Source: an uncultured Treponemataceae bacterium
GTDB lineage: Bacteria > Spirochaetota > Spirochaetia > Treponematales > Rectinemataceae
Assembly (NCBI GenBank): GCA_964540615.1
Contig: CAZINN010000008.1
Coordinates: forward strand, 2,641-66,640
DNA length: 64,000 bases
Direction of reading: 5' to 3'
The notes under the pieces are model-generated. The model did no database searches. It saw nothing but the letters and a program-made list of their open reading frames with translations, and was not told where the DNA came from. Of this stretch, positions 26,433-35,519 are shown piece after piece (within the stretch, counting starts at the first letter, position 1; each line of letters starts with the position of its first letter). Position numbers and translations under genes: made by a program.

Positions 26433-27782
26433 ATGCGAAGCATTCCTGTAGTATCCACAGACGAGGATCTCAACGAGATAGTGCGGGCCGAATGCTCCCG
26501 CTCGAATGGGGAGGTCGTGCCTGTTTTTTTCTCTGATCCGAACGAAGTAATCGAGTTCATGAAGTACGAACTGCCTGATATCAAGGTTTTCTACTTCTCG
26601 GACAAAAACATCGACTGCCTCCGCATTCTCGAGGAGGTCCGCAAGGATCCCTGGCTTCATTACGGCGGCATCATCGGAATTCACGACACCAAGGAGGACC
26701 GCGAACAGTTCGAATCGATGAAGGACGCGAATATCGTTGCGCTTCTCCGAAAACGAGAACTGCCGACGGATTTCCCGCGGCTTCTCAGAATAATCCGTCA
26801 AAACAAACAGATACTCTTTCAGCGCGGCATCCAGCAGCATCTTATAAAGGATATTTCGGGCGCTTTCATCATCAATAATGACCCCCTCGATATTACGACG
26901 TATACGAACCTGATCACGAACTATTTGTACAACGCGAATCTGATTGGAAGCGAAGAACGCGAAGGTCTCCATGTGGCGTTGCTCGAGCTCCTCATCAACG
27001 GCATCGAACACGGCAATTGCAGGATCAGTTATGACGAGAAGACTGCCTGGCTTCAAAATGGCGGCAATATCATGGACCTCATTCGGGAAAAGAATAAAAT
27101 ACCGGCCATCGCCGAGCGAAAAATCTATTTTTCATACAAGATCAGCCCCGAGCGGTCGACATTCACGATAAAAGACGAAGGTTCCGGATTCGACTGGCGC
27201 TCCCGCCTGGCCGCGCGCGAGGCCGATCCCGGTCTGCACGGCATGGGCATACGCATGGCGGGGCTCTACGTCGATACGCTCTCGTACAACGATCGGGGCA
27301 ATGAGGTAACCTTCAGCATCTCTCATCGCAAAGCCGAATCGAACGTGATCCCGAAGATTTTCGAACGGGCGGAGGAAGTGCGGTACAAAGACGGCGAACG
27401 AGTTTGCTCGGAAGGCGAAGAATCAGACGCGCTTTATTACATAGTCTCGGGGACGCTCTACGTTTATTCGAAAGGGAAGCTCGTCTCTGCGCTGACGCCG
27501 GACGACATCTTCATGGGGGAAATGTCCTTCCTCCTGTCGAACCGCAGATCGGCGACGGTCGTCGCCAAAGGCGACACGGTCCTTATCCGTATCTCGAAGC
27601 AGGATTTCGTCAATATGATCAAAGAAAATCCACATTACGGGATCTTCCTCGCCCGCCTGCTCGCGCAACGTCTGGCGCGGCTGAACTCGCGGACGGTCAG
27701 GCTTAACGCCGAGTACCTAAAACTCCGCACTTTGGCCGAGATGAAGGGAATCCTTCCTCATCCCCAATCGGCGCCGGTTTGA
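26433..27782 (+). CDS. multidomain signalling protein: receiver-like N-domain, RsbW/SpoIIAB-type HATPase domain, C-terminal cyclic-nucleotide-binding domain
   Basis: ALLELLINGIEHGN ... DEGSGFDW ... GMGIRM match ATPase N/G1/G2-like boxes. C-terminal FMGEMSFLLSNRRSATVVAKGDTVLIRISKQDF is CAP-type cNMP binding. Confidence 0.75.
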   Translation: MRSIPVVSTDEDLNEIVRAECSRSNGEVVPVFFSDPNEVIEFMKYELPDIKVFYFSDKNIDCLRILEEVRKDPWLHYGGIIGIHDTKEDREQFESMKDANIVALLRKRELPTDFPRLLRIIRQNKQILFQRGIQQHLIKDISGAFIINNDPLDITTYTNLITNYLYNANLIGSEEREGLHVALLELLINGIEHGNCRISYDEKTAWLQNGGNIMDLIREKNKIPAIAERKIYFSYKISPERSTFTIKDEGSGFDWRSRLAAREADPGLHGMGIRMAGLYVDTLSYNDRGNEVTFSISHRKAESNVIPKIFERAEEVRYKDGERVCSEGEESDALYYIVSGTLYVYSKGKLVSALTPDDIFMGEMSFLLSNRRSATVVAKGDTVLIRISKQDFVNMIKENPHYGIFLARLLAQRLARLNSRTVRLNAEYLKLRTLAEMKGILPHPQSAPV

Positions 27783-27794
27783 AAGCTGCTCTTT

Positions 27795-29027
27795 CTATTT
27801 GACGGCCTGCGGTTTTTCCAATCCGCGCTTCATCACAAAAAACAGCGGGACGGCCGAGGCTTCCGCGACGAGCGCGACGGCGATCAATGCAGTATGGTTC
27901 GCATCGTACAGCAACCCCATCCCGGCGCTCGAGACGAATACGGCGAGGCCGTACATTGTGTTAAAAATACCGTACCCGGTTCCTCGCTTGCGGATCGGCG
28001 TGATATCGGCGATCGCGCTCTTCATAATGGTCTCATGCGTACCCATGACGATTCCCCAAAGGACCGCCGCGATGATCGCCGCGGCCTTCGATCCGCCGAA
28101 CCCGAATAAGGGAATGAGCACCGTCAATATGGGAATCGCGACGAGAGAAACAAGACCCCCGTTTTCCGACCCGCTGCGTTTTTTCAACTTGTCATACACA
28201 AGGCCGATCAACAGGGCCGTAAGTCCGTCGACGGCCATGGCGATCGCGTAGAACAGCGCGATTTGAGCACCGGGCAGCACGCCGGTCGCCGCGTAATGAA
28301 ACGACAGTATAGGCCAACCGACGAAGCCCAGTGTGGCCACGAAACTGAACGCTGTATAGAGCCAAAAGGTGCGCGAAAGCTTGTCGCTTTCCATTTTTCT
28401 ATCAGAAATCGGCTCGAGCTTCTCCGGATCGGGAACCCGTATGAAGGCATACAAAACACTCAGCATGAGCAGCGCAAAGGGAACCCACATCCAGGCATAA
28501 CCTGATTTGAAGAGAGAAAGCTCCGATCCCGCCCCGAGGGCGAATACCGCCGTGAACACGAGCGGCCCCAGCAGGGCGCCGGCCTGATCCATCACTTCAT
28601 GCAGACCGAAGCCGACGCCGGTGCCGACGCGGCGCGTCGCCGTGGAAAGAATGGTATCCTTTGCAGGAGCGCGGATCGCCTTTCCGAAACGCTCGAGCAC
28701 AATGAATAAAGCGGCCAGCTTCCATCCTCCTGCAAGGGAAAGCATGGGCACACTTGCCAGAAGGCCGTAGCCTATAAAAGTAAAAAGCCAATATGCTTTT
28801 TTCCGGTCGGCGAAATATCCCGAAACAAGGCGGGTCACATACGCGAGGAATTCACCTATTCCGGCGATAAGGCCGACCAAAGCCGCGTTCGCACCGAGCG
28901 ATTTGAGGTAAGGCCCGTTTACCGCCCTGGCGCCTTCGTAAATGATGTCTCCAAAAAGACTTACGACTCCAAACGCGATAATGACCTGCCAGGCTGTCTT
29001 CGATCGGCCGTCAGCGGGCGTTTTCAT
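27795..29027 (-). CDS. MFS transporter
   Basis: About 12 predicted TM helices in two halves. The start lies 7 nt downstream of the jag stop. Confidence 0.75.
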   Translation of the reverse strand: MKTPADGRSKTAWQVIIAFGVVSLFGDIIYEGARAVNGPYLKSLGANAALVGLIAGIGEFLAYVTRLVSGYFADRKKAYWLFTFIGYGLLASVPMLSLAGGWKLAALFIVLERFGKAIRAPAKDTILSTATRRVGTGVGFGLHEVMDQAGALLGPLVFTAVFALGAGSELSLFKSGYAWMWVPFALLMLSVLYAFIRVPDPEKLEPISDRKMESDKLSRTFWLYTAFSFVATLGFVGWPILSFHYAATGVLPGAQIALFYAIAMAVDGLTALLIGLVYDKLKKRSGSENGGLVSLVAIPILTVLIPLFGFGGSKAAAIIAAVLWGIVMGTHETIMKSAIADITPIRKRGTGYGIFNTMYGLAVFVSSAGMGLLYDANHTALIAVALVAEASAVPLFFVMKRGLEKPQAVK

Positions 29028-29034
29028 ATTCGGC

Positions 29035-29703
29035 CTATATTTTCCCGCGGAAGGTTATACGAATCTGCTTGTACAAACCCTCTCCCTCGCTTTTGGTCTC
29101 GATGTCGACTATGTCATTGAGCGTCGTGTGGACGATCCTTCGTTCGAATGGATTCATCGGTTCTAGAAGCACCGACTGCCTCGTGCGGCGGACCTGCTCG
29201 GCGGTTTCGTACGCCAGCCGCACCAGAGATTCCTCACGCCGGATTCTATAATTCTCGGAATCGAGAATGATGCGTGTGTCTTCATGCCCAAGACGCCCGG
29301 CGTAGACATTGACAAGCAGCTGCAGAGCGTCGAGATTCTTCCCTTTTTTGCCTATGATGATCGACGCGTTATCGCTGTCGATGCGCAGCCCTATTTTTTT
29401 CTCTTCACGGAACAAAACAGAAACAGTGCAGGCATACCCCATACCTTCGATGATCCGCCTCGTGAACTCGGCGATTTTCGCTTCGAATTCATCGGTGGGC
29501 AGCGGGGCGGACGCGGGTTTCCGCGGCGCGGACGTCACTTCGTCGCGGGTATGGACTCGTATCTTCACCTTGCCTTTTTTGAAAATACCTCCGGCCTGAG
29601 ACTCGAGCACCTCGACGTCGAAGCCGTCACGCTCCAGACCCAACTCCGCGGCTGCGATGTCTATGGCCTCCTTTTCCGTACGTCCTTCGAATTCTTGAAC
29701 CAT
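29035..29703 (-). CDS. jag: RNA-binding protein Jag/KhpB (Jag_N, KH, R3H)
   Basis: N-terminal MVQEFEGRTEKEAIDIAAAELG and a C-terminal R3H region (PMNPFERRIVHTTL). Synteny after yidC. Confidence 0.85.
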   Translation of the reverse strand: MVQEFEGRTEKEAIDIAAAELGLERDGFDVEVLESQAGGIFKKGKVKIRVHTRDEVTSAPRKPASAPLPTDEFEAKIAEFTRRIIEGMGYACTVSVLFREEKKIGLRIDSDNASIIIGKKGKNLDALQLLVNVYAGRLGHEDTRIILDSENYRIRREESLVRLAYETAEQVRRTRQSVLLEPMNPFERRIVHTTLNDIVDIETKSEGEGLYKQIRITFRGKI

Positions 29704-29745
29704 ATATTCACTCCTACGAGAGAGGTCTCCTTCCCGCGCCGCCTC

Positions 29746-31632
29746 TTACCGACGCTTCTTCTTTCCCGTCCTGTTCTGCGGAAGGACTTTCACCGGCGCC
29801 GCGGGCGCGGCCGCGGCGAGCGCGATCTTTCTTTGCTTCAAAAGGTTATTTATCACAACCTGCTGGCCGATCGTCAGAACGTTGGATATTATCCAGTACA
29901 CGAGCAGACCCGCGGGAGCGTTGTACAAAATGAAGAAGAAAAAAATCGGCAGGCCGTACATCATGATCTTCATCTGCGTCGGGCTCTGCGTCGGCGTCGA
30001 CATCTGGGTATACTTACCGTACAGAAGTTGGCTTACGACATATATTATCGGCAGTACACGAAGTGCATCGACCTGCCAGATCACAAAATTGAGTTGCGGG
30101 AACGTCAGAACTGCTTCGGGTACCGACAAATCCGATATCCAGCCGGGGATGAACATGGCTCCGCGTAGATCGAAATGCGTGTTGAATAGATTATACATTG
30201 CGAGAAAAATCGGCGCCTGAATCAGGAGCGGTAGACAGCCCGACATCGGATTGAAGCCTTCTTTCTTATAGAACGCCGCCATCTCCATGTTGAGCTTCTG
30301 TGGATTTCCTTTATATTTCTCCTGAAGCTCTTTCATCTTCGGCTGAAGCTCCTGCATCCTCGCGGAGGACAGGGACCCTTTTTTAGTGAGGGGGAACAAC
30401 AACGCTTTTACAAGTATGGTGACAAGAATGATCGCGACGCCGAAATTGGGAATAAGCGAATAGAAAATGTTCAGGATGAACTTGATCCCGTTTTCAAGCC
30501 ACATCCAGCGGAAAAAGCTCGAACCGTCGAGCGCCTGTTCGAGATCGAGGCCCTGCAAACCGAATGCGTTGTCCCGCTCGTATGTGTACTTTTTCAGCTC
30601 CGTACTCGTCTTGGGGCCGAAATAGAAATAGTATGCGTCTGTCTGTTTGCTCGCTTGTATCACAGGACGGGCAAGGGAAAACGAATCCTTTTGGAACAGA
30701 ACCGGGTCCTTGCTGGTGGACAGGGTTGTCCTGAAATTTTTCTGTTCAGGGTAGGCGATGAGTACAAAGTACTTGCCGGCGAGCGCGACCCAGCTCGGCT
30801 GATCCTTGAGAACGAGAGGCACGCCAGGTTTCGGCTGTTCGTTCTTCCGCTTTCCGCCGACTAATTTGATAAATGTCCGGGTATCGCTGTATCCGTTCCC
30901 CGGCTGCGCCGTCAGCCTCGGACCGATCTGCGGACCGAACGATATCGTATACGCGTATCCTTCCGAATCCAAGGGGAGATATTCGTTGGCGGAATTCTCG
31001 AGGCTGACCGCCATGCCGAACATGTAATCGCCGTCTTTGAACGTATAGGTTTTTTTCAGAATAAAAACCTGTCGCTCGCTCTTGCCAGGGACCTGCACTT
31101 CGTATGCGCGGGAAAAGATGATCGTATTGTCGATCTGGACCGCATGCATGAGATCGGCGATGGGAGCAGATGAGGAAGCACCGAAAGACATGGAAAGTCC
31201 GCCGCGTCCGGATGCATCGGGGACCACGAGATCCACGGCGCCGTCTTTGTCCTTATGCTTACGAAGCTTGAGGGAAACGAGATCTCCACCCTTGTTCGTC
31301 AAGACCGCCTCGAAAAGATCCGTGGAAATCGTATATCTACGCTCGGCGTCGGGGACGGGAATCGCCGCGGCCGCAGCTGCGGTTGTCACAGACGACGTAA
31401 GCGCTGCCGGCGGCAGCGCGGTTATACTGGTAACAGCCGGCGCATTGACCGCCGCGGGTGATTGTGAATTTACTGCTGTTGTACCGCCGCCGCTCGTTTG
31501 AGCAGCCGGCGAAACCGCCGGCGTAAGCATATCCTGCACCACAAAGCCGGCGATAATGATTACGACTGATAAAACAATAGCGATAATTGTCCTCTTATCG
31601 CTCTGGCTGTCTCCGTTGTCGAGTATACTCAT
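29746..31632 (-). CDS. yidC: membrane protein insertase YidC
   Basis: Large periplasmic P1 domain plus a conserved C-terminal 5-TM core ([16 protein letters not shown]). rnpA-yidD-yidC synteny. Confidence 0.9.
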   Translation of the reverse strand: MSILDNGDSQSDKRTIIAIVLSVVIIIAGFVVQDMLTPAVSPAAQTSGGGTTAVNSQSPAAVNAPAVTSITALPPAALTSSVTTAAAAAAIPVPDAERRYTISTDLFEAVLTNKGGDLVSLKLRKHKDKDGAVDLVVPDASGRGGLSMSFGASSSAPIADLMHAVQIDNTIIFSRAYEVQVPGKSERQVFILKKTYTFKDGDYMFGMAVSLENSANEYLPLDSEGYAYTISFGPQIGPRLTAQPGNGYSDTRTFIKLVGGKRKNEQPKPGVPLVLKDQPSWVALAGKYFVLIAYPEQKNFRTTLSTSKDPVLFQKDSFSLARPVIQASKQTDAYYFYFGPKTSTELKKYTYERDNAFGLQGLDLEQALDGSSFFRWMWLENGIKFILNIFYSLIPNFGVAIILVTILVKALLFPLTKKGSLSSARMQELQPKMKELQEKYKGNPQKLNMEMAAFYKKEGFNPMSGCLPLLIQAPIFLAMYNLFNTHFDLRGAMFIPGWISDLSVPEAVLTFPQLNFVIWQVDALRVLPIIYVVSQLLYGKYTQMSTPTQSPTQMKIMMYGLPIFFFFILYNAPAGLLVYWIISNVLTIGQQVVINNLLKQRKIALAAAAPAAPVKVLPQNRTGKKKRR

Positions 31633-31850
31633 GGTACTGGATCAACGCCTCCCGGATTCCATGGATTGCAGCGGAGAATGCGCCGCACGGCGAGGTAAAG
31701 ACCCTTTATCGGTCCGTACTTCTTCACCGCCTCGAACGCATATTCCGAGCATGTCGGATAAAAACGGCACGACGGCGGTTTCAACGGCGAAATAAATTTC
31801 CGGTACACCGCTATCAAAAACAAAAACGGCAGGGATAATAGACGCTTCAT
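31629..31850 (-). CDS. yidD: membrane protein insertion efficiency factor YidD
   Basis: [23 protein letters not shown] motif. 4-nt overlaps on both sides. Confidence 0.9.
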   Translation of the reverse strand: MKRLLSLPFLFLIAVYRKFISPLKPPSCRFYPTCSEYAFEAVKKYGPIKGLYLAVRRILRCNPWNPGGVDPVP

Positions 31851-32149
31851 ATACGTCCGCCCTTCAGGCCGGCCTGTCGGAGCAGTCGGTCGAGCTGCGA
31901 CCGCCGCTGAACGAACTCATCGCTGCCAGGAAACAGTACCACGGCGATATCATAACCGACGGCCGTATCGTGTTTTCCAAGCCGCCAGCATTCCCGGGCG
32001 ATGCGCTTCGCTTTATTGCGGGCGACCGCATTGGGGTACGAACGGACAGGGGCGAGAAGGATCCTGCTCGCGTCGAGCGAGTTCTTTATCACATGGATCC
32101 TCATTCCCTTGCATGAATAGCGGGCGCCTTCGGAGAATACATAGTCCAC
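31847..32149 (-). CDS. rnpA: ribonuclease P protein component
   Basis: [14 protein letters not shown] is the RNR-type motif. The frame stays open upstream to the rpmH stop, and FSSRERIKKRAE looks like genuine RnpA N-terminus. The real start is therefore probably upstream of GTG 32149, possibly non-canonical (up to 32233). Confidence 0.8.
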   Translation of the reverse strand: MDYVFSEGARYSCKGMRIHVIKNSLDASRILLAPVRSYPNAVARNKAKRIARECWRLGKHDTAVGYDIAVVLFPGSDEFVQRRSQLDRLLRQAGLKGGRI

Positions 32150-32229
32150 CTCGGCACGCTTTTTAATCCGTTCGCGCGAGGAAAATCCGTATACGGGGAT
32201 ACCGCGGCCTCCTGCCCCCGACGGCGATT

Positions 32230-32385
32230 TCAGTACGGCTTCTTTTCGTCGGAGACGGTCAACTTAAGTCGTCCCTTCGCCCGCCGCCGTTTGAGGACAA
32301 GCCGACCGCCCTTGGTCTTCATGCGGGCGCGGAAGCCGAACTTTCGAGTTCGACGTACCTTACTGGGCTGATACGTGCGTTTCAT
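32230..32385 (-). CDS. rpmH: 50S ribosomal protein L34
   Basis: Hand translation: [51 protein letters not shown] (51 aa, below the ORF-track cutoff). AAGGAG SD upstream. Confidence 0.95.
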   Translation of the reverse strand: MKRTYQPSKVRRTRKFGFRARMKTKGGRLVLKRRRAKGRLKLTVSDEKKPY

Positions 32386-32517
32386 GGTGCAGACTCCTTG
32401 GATATGAGCGACGGCGGCTTGCTGAATACTCGGCGCAGTGCAGCAAACCGCCGATCGATTCGAACATTACGAACAGAAAGCAAACGACGTGTTTGCCTCG
32501 AGACAACCAGGAAGCCG

Positions 32518-32546
32518 AGTATAGTAAAACCCCGGCTATTCGTCAA
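32518..32546 (-). promoter_or_regulatory. sigma70-type promoter candidate for rpmH-rnpA-yidD-yidC-jag
   Basis: Minus strand TTGACG - 17 nt - TATACT, about 125 nt upstream of the rpmH ATG. Confidence 0.5.
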
Positions 32547-32573
32547 TGATGCAGGCGCAGCGGCGGTATAGAG

Positions 32574-33059
32574 CTATTTCTTTGTATGAGAATGTATTGC
32601 CTTTCTCAGGCTTGCGATGGCCGCCGCGAGTTCCGGATCGCGGATCCTGCCCCCCTCGGAAATCCTTTCCTCCGCCTCAGTCTCCTCAGACTCCGGCGGC
32701 ATAGACGGTTTGGCCTCATCTCGGCCCGTCCCTCCCTGCGGCGCGGGTTTCCGGTAGTCGCTGCCGGCGAGCTTGAACGCGATGCCGCGGAGAGCCAGGT
32801 CCGGAAAACGTTCCGCCAAGGCATCAAGCGTTTGCGTCTGTCGGACTTGAAGCAGCTGAATCCATCCGGGATGCTCGGCCTCGACGATCAAAATACCCTT
32901 GTCGAGATCGACAATACGGGAATGAGCCGCGAGCCTCTCTCCGACTACGCTCCGCCAGCTGTCGAAAAATTCCGCGTAGCGTCCGCCGCGATTGAGTTTT
33001 TCGTCATCAAAAAACGCCGTCAACAGCGCCCTTACGTCCTTAACCCGCGAGTCGTCCAT
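32574..33059 (-). CDS. DUF721 domain protein (DciA-like candidate helicase operator)
   Basis: Starts at ATG 33059 (MDDSRVKDV...) and overlaps the recF stop by 20 nt. Its position directly after recF mirrors Rv0004/DciA in M. tuberculosis. Acidic low-complexity tail. Confidence 0.6.
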   Translation of the reverse strand: MDDSRVKDVRALLTAFFDDEKLNRGGRYAEFFDSWRSVVGERLAAHSRIVDLDKGILIVEAEHPGWIQLLQVRQTQTLDALAERFPDLALRGIAFKLAGSDYRKPAPQGGTGRDEAKPSMPPESEETEAEERISEGGRIRDPELAAAIASLRKAIHSHTKK

Positions 33060-34122
33060 CCTTGACCTCGTACACCAACGACGATCCCGTTTGATTTTCC
33101 TCCCAGCTTTCCCCGGGAAGAAACGTAAAAAAGACCTGCGCGGCGGCCGGCAAAAGCTCAAGAAAACGTTTCCTTCTCGCTCGATCGAGTTCAAGCAGCA
33201 CATCGTCCAGCAAAAGCACGGGCCGCCGTCCGACTCGTTCAGTATAATACTCCGCCTGAATCATTCGCAGCGTCAGAGATACCAGTCTGAGCTGCCCTGT
33301 CGAGGCCTTGGCGGAGAAATCAGACGTCTCGGTTACGAAATTCCATCGATCGCGATGCGGCCCGGAAAGGCTCGTCCCCAGTGCGAGTTCTTCGTGCCGC
33401 CTCGCTCGGAGCCGCGCGAGAACGGCGTCGGTCCCGAGCCCCGGCGGCCAGTTTGGACGATACGCTATGCGTACTTTCTCTCCGAGCAGCGAGACGGCGT
33501 CGAAGCGCTGAGAAAACTTTTCGCTGAGATCGGTTTCCAGCCGCCTGCGGTCTTCCATGAGTTCGAGCCCCCTCGCCGCGAGCTGCATATCAAACACCTC
33601 GAGCAGATCCTCGCGGTTCGTTTTGAGCGCCGCGTTTCTCTGCCTGAGCGTCCTTTTGTACTCACGAAGCGCGTCGATATATCCGAGCGAGACGAGTCCG
33701 GCCGTTTGATCGAAAAAAAACCTCCGCCGCTCGGGTTCTCCGGATGCGAATTCGAAATCTTCGTGGCAAAAAACGATGGCGGGATTTCGACGGACCAACT
33801 CTTTGCGGTCACGGATTGTTTTTCCGTCGATACGTATCGCCTTTCCGTTCGTGTCCCACTGCACCGAAACCGTCTGCTCCGGCGATCCGACGTCTTCGGT
33901 GAACGAACCTGAAAGAGCAAACGATGACGATCCTATACGTGCGGCTTGTGCGTCGTTCACGCCTCGAAAGCTGGTTCCAAAGGATAAAAAATACAGCGCT
34001 TCGAGGAAATTCGTCTTTCCCTGCCCGTTTTCTCCGACGAGAAGCACTCGATCGGCGCCGACAAAAACCTCGGCGTCCTTGAGGTTGCGGAATGACGAAA
34101 CACGTATCGAGATGAATGCCAT
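33040..34122 (-). CDS. recF: DNA replication and repair protein RecF
   Basis: MAFISIRVSSFRNL..., Walker A GENGQGKTNFLEAL, signature SGGQ-like STGQLRL, LLLDDV Walker B. Confidence 0.95.
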   Translation of the reverse strand: MAFISIRVSSFRNLKDAEVFVGADRVLLVGENGQGKTNFLEALYFLSFGTSFRGVNDAQAARIGSSSFALSGSFTEDVGSPEQTVSVQWDTNGKAIRIDGKTIRDRKELVRRNPAIVFCHEDFEFASGEPERRRFFFDQTAGLVSLGYIDALREYKRTLRQRNAALKTNREDLLEVFDMQLAARGLELMEDRRRLETDLSEKFSQRFDAVSLLGEKVRIAYRPNWPPGLGTDAVLARLRARRHEELALGTSLSGPHRDRWNFVTETSDFSAKASTGQLRLVSLTLRMIQAEYYTERVGRRPVLLLDDVLLELDRARRKRFLELLPAAAQVFFTFLPGESWEENQTGSSLVYEVKDGRLAG

Positions 34123-34163
34123 GATTTCTGTCCGGCCTTAGGTGCCAAGCCGGTATCCCGGAT

Positions 34164-35267
34164 TTATTCAAGCTGCATCGGCATTACGACATGGAAATAA
34201 TCGCTCCGCGGCATCGGAGACAAGGTGATAGCCCTGTTCGGTTCTGTGAATTCGATACAAACATCGTCGGTATTCATCACCTTCATGGGTTCTTCGATGT
34301 ATCGGTAATTAAGCGCTATCGTAACCTCGGGTCCCTCATAATCGCATTCGAGTTCCTCGCGCGCTGTTCCTATTTCGGACTCCTCAGAAGATATGACGAG
34401 ATGCCCGCGGCTCAATTCGAAAAAGGTTCTTCGAGATTTCTGTTCGACGAATACAGACACTCTTCGGAGCGCTTCAGTAAGATCGGTTCTAGAGACCTTC
34501 ATGCTGTTGCGCTGACTTTCGGGAATGACTTTCTGGTAATTAGGAAATTGCCCTTCGATGAGAACTGACGACAGTTTATACGCTCCGAATTTGAAAAAAA
34601 TACACTTTTCCGTTACTGCAACATCGATGAGTCCTTCGGCGGGGACATGTCGCAACAGCAGTGTGAGCACCTTGGGCGGAATTATCACCCCTCTGAAGCC
34701 GGGCGTTCCGGAATCTGCGGCCATGCGCGCGTACGAAAGCCTTCTTCCGTCGGTCGCGACAAACACAAGCCCCTTCTCCGTATTTTCCATATAGACGCCG
34801 TTCATAAAATACCGTGTTTCGTCGTCCGAGACCGCGAAAATAGTCTGTCCAATCATCTTCGTGAATTCTCTCGCGGAAAGTGAAAAATACTGGGCGTCCT
34901 GGACCGTCGGAAATTCAGGATATTTCTCGCTCGATATGGTTTTTACTTGAAACCGAACCTTCTTGAAGGTCGGTTTGATGACTACTTTAGCATCGTCCTG
35001 TTCAAACGACACATCGCCCTCTGGAATAGATGAAAGAATTGCAGAAAGCTTATCGCAAAAAACCGTGACTTCGCCCGGTTCGCTGCAATCGACGGGGATA
35101 GTGGTCTCAAAGCTGACTTTAATATCAGTGGCTTTTATGGTAAGCGCTCCGTCGTTCGCATTCAATAAGACATTTGATGTCACCGACAGTGCGTTTTTTG
35201 ATGCAATTATCTCCTGCGCGAGCGATATTTCACGAGCGATGGCATTTTTCTCGCAGACAAATTTCAT
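34164..35267 (-). CDS. dnaN: DNA polymerase III beta sliding clamp
   Basis: MKFVCEKNAIAREISLAQEII... is a typical clamp N-terminus. ATG 35267 has a GGGGGG SD-like tract upstream; the track ORF is extended to 35369. Synteny after dnaA. Confidence 0.95.
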   Translation of the reverse strand: MKFVCEKNAIAREISLAQEIIASKNALSVTSNVLLNANDGALTIKATDIKVSFETTIPVDCSEPGEVTVFCDKLSAILSSIPEGDVSFEQDDAKVVIKPTFKKVRFQVKTISSEKYPEFPTVQDAQYFSLSAREFTKMIGQTIFAVSDDETRYFMNGVYMENTEKGLVFVATDGRRLSYARMAADSGTPGFRGVIIPPKVLTLLLRHVPAEGLIDVAVTEKCIFFKFGAYKLSSVLIEGQFPNYQKVIPESQRNSMKVSRTDLTEALRRVSVFVEQKSRRTFFELSRGHLVISSEESEIGTAREELECDYEGPEVTIALNYRYIEEPMKVMNTDDVCIEFTEPNRAITLSPMPRSDYFHVVMPMQLE

Positions 35268-35519
35268 ATGCCTACCCCCCTTTGTCAAAGTGTACCAGAT
35301 AATATCTATCCAGACTATATACAATAGAGATTTATATAAACAGTAATAAGAATAATAAGGTCTGTGCATATGTGGATAACGAGATATTTGTAATTTGGAA
35401 AATGAAATACTGACGATTTAACAGCGACGGCGCCGAACGTGACTATGAACAATGAGGAACGACACGGGGTTTTGCACAGGGACGACGCGGTTTTACGCAC
35501 ATGCCCGAAGACAGGGAAG
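35268..35519. other. candidate oriC segment (dnaA-dnaN spacer): AT-rich with a perfect DnaA box
   Basis: 13/60 G+C at 35301-35360. TGTGGATAA at 35371-35379. Weaker CTATCCAGA at 35306-35314. Confidence 0.55.

Noticed and set aside
26304-27056. 250-aa minus-strand ORF overlapping the tRNA and the 5' half of the cNMP-binding protein gene.
   Set aside because: The plus-strand frame contains recognisable HATPase and cNMP-binding motifs, and the minus ORF would run through the tRNA gene.
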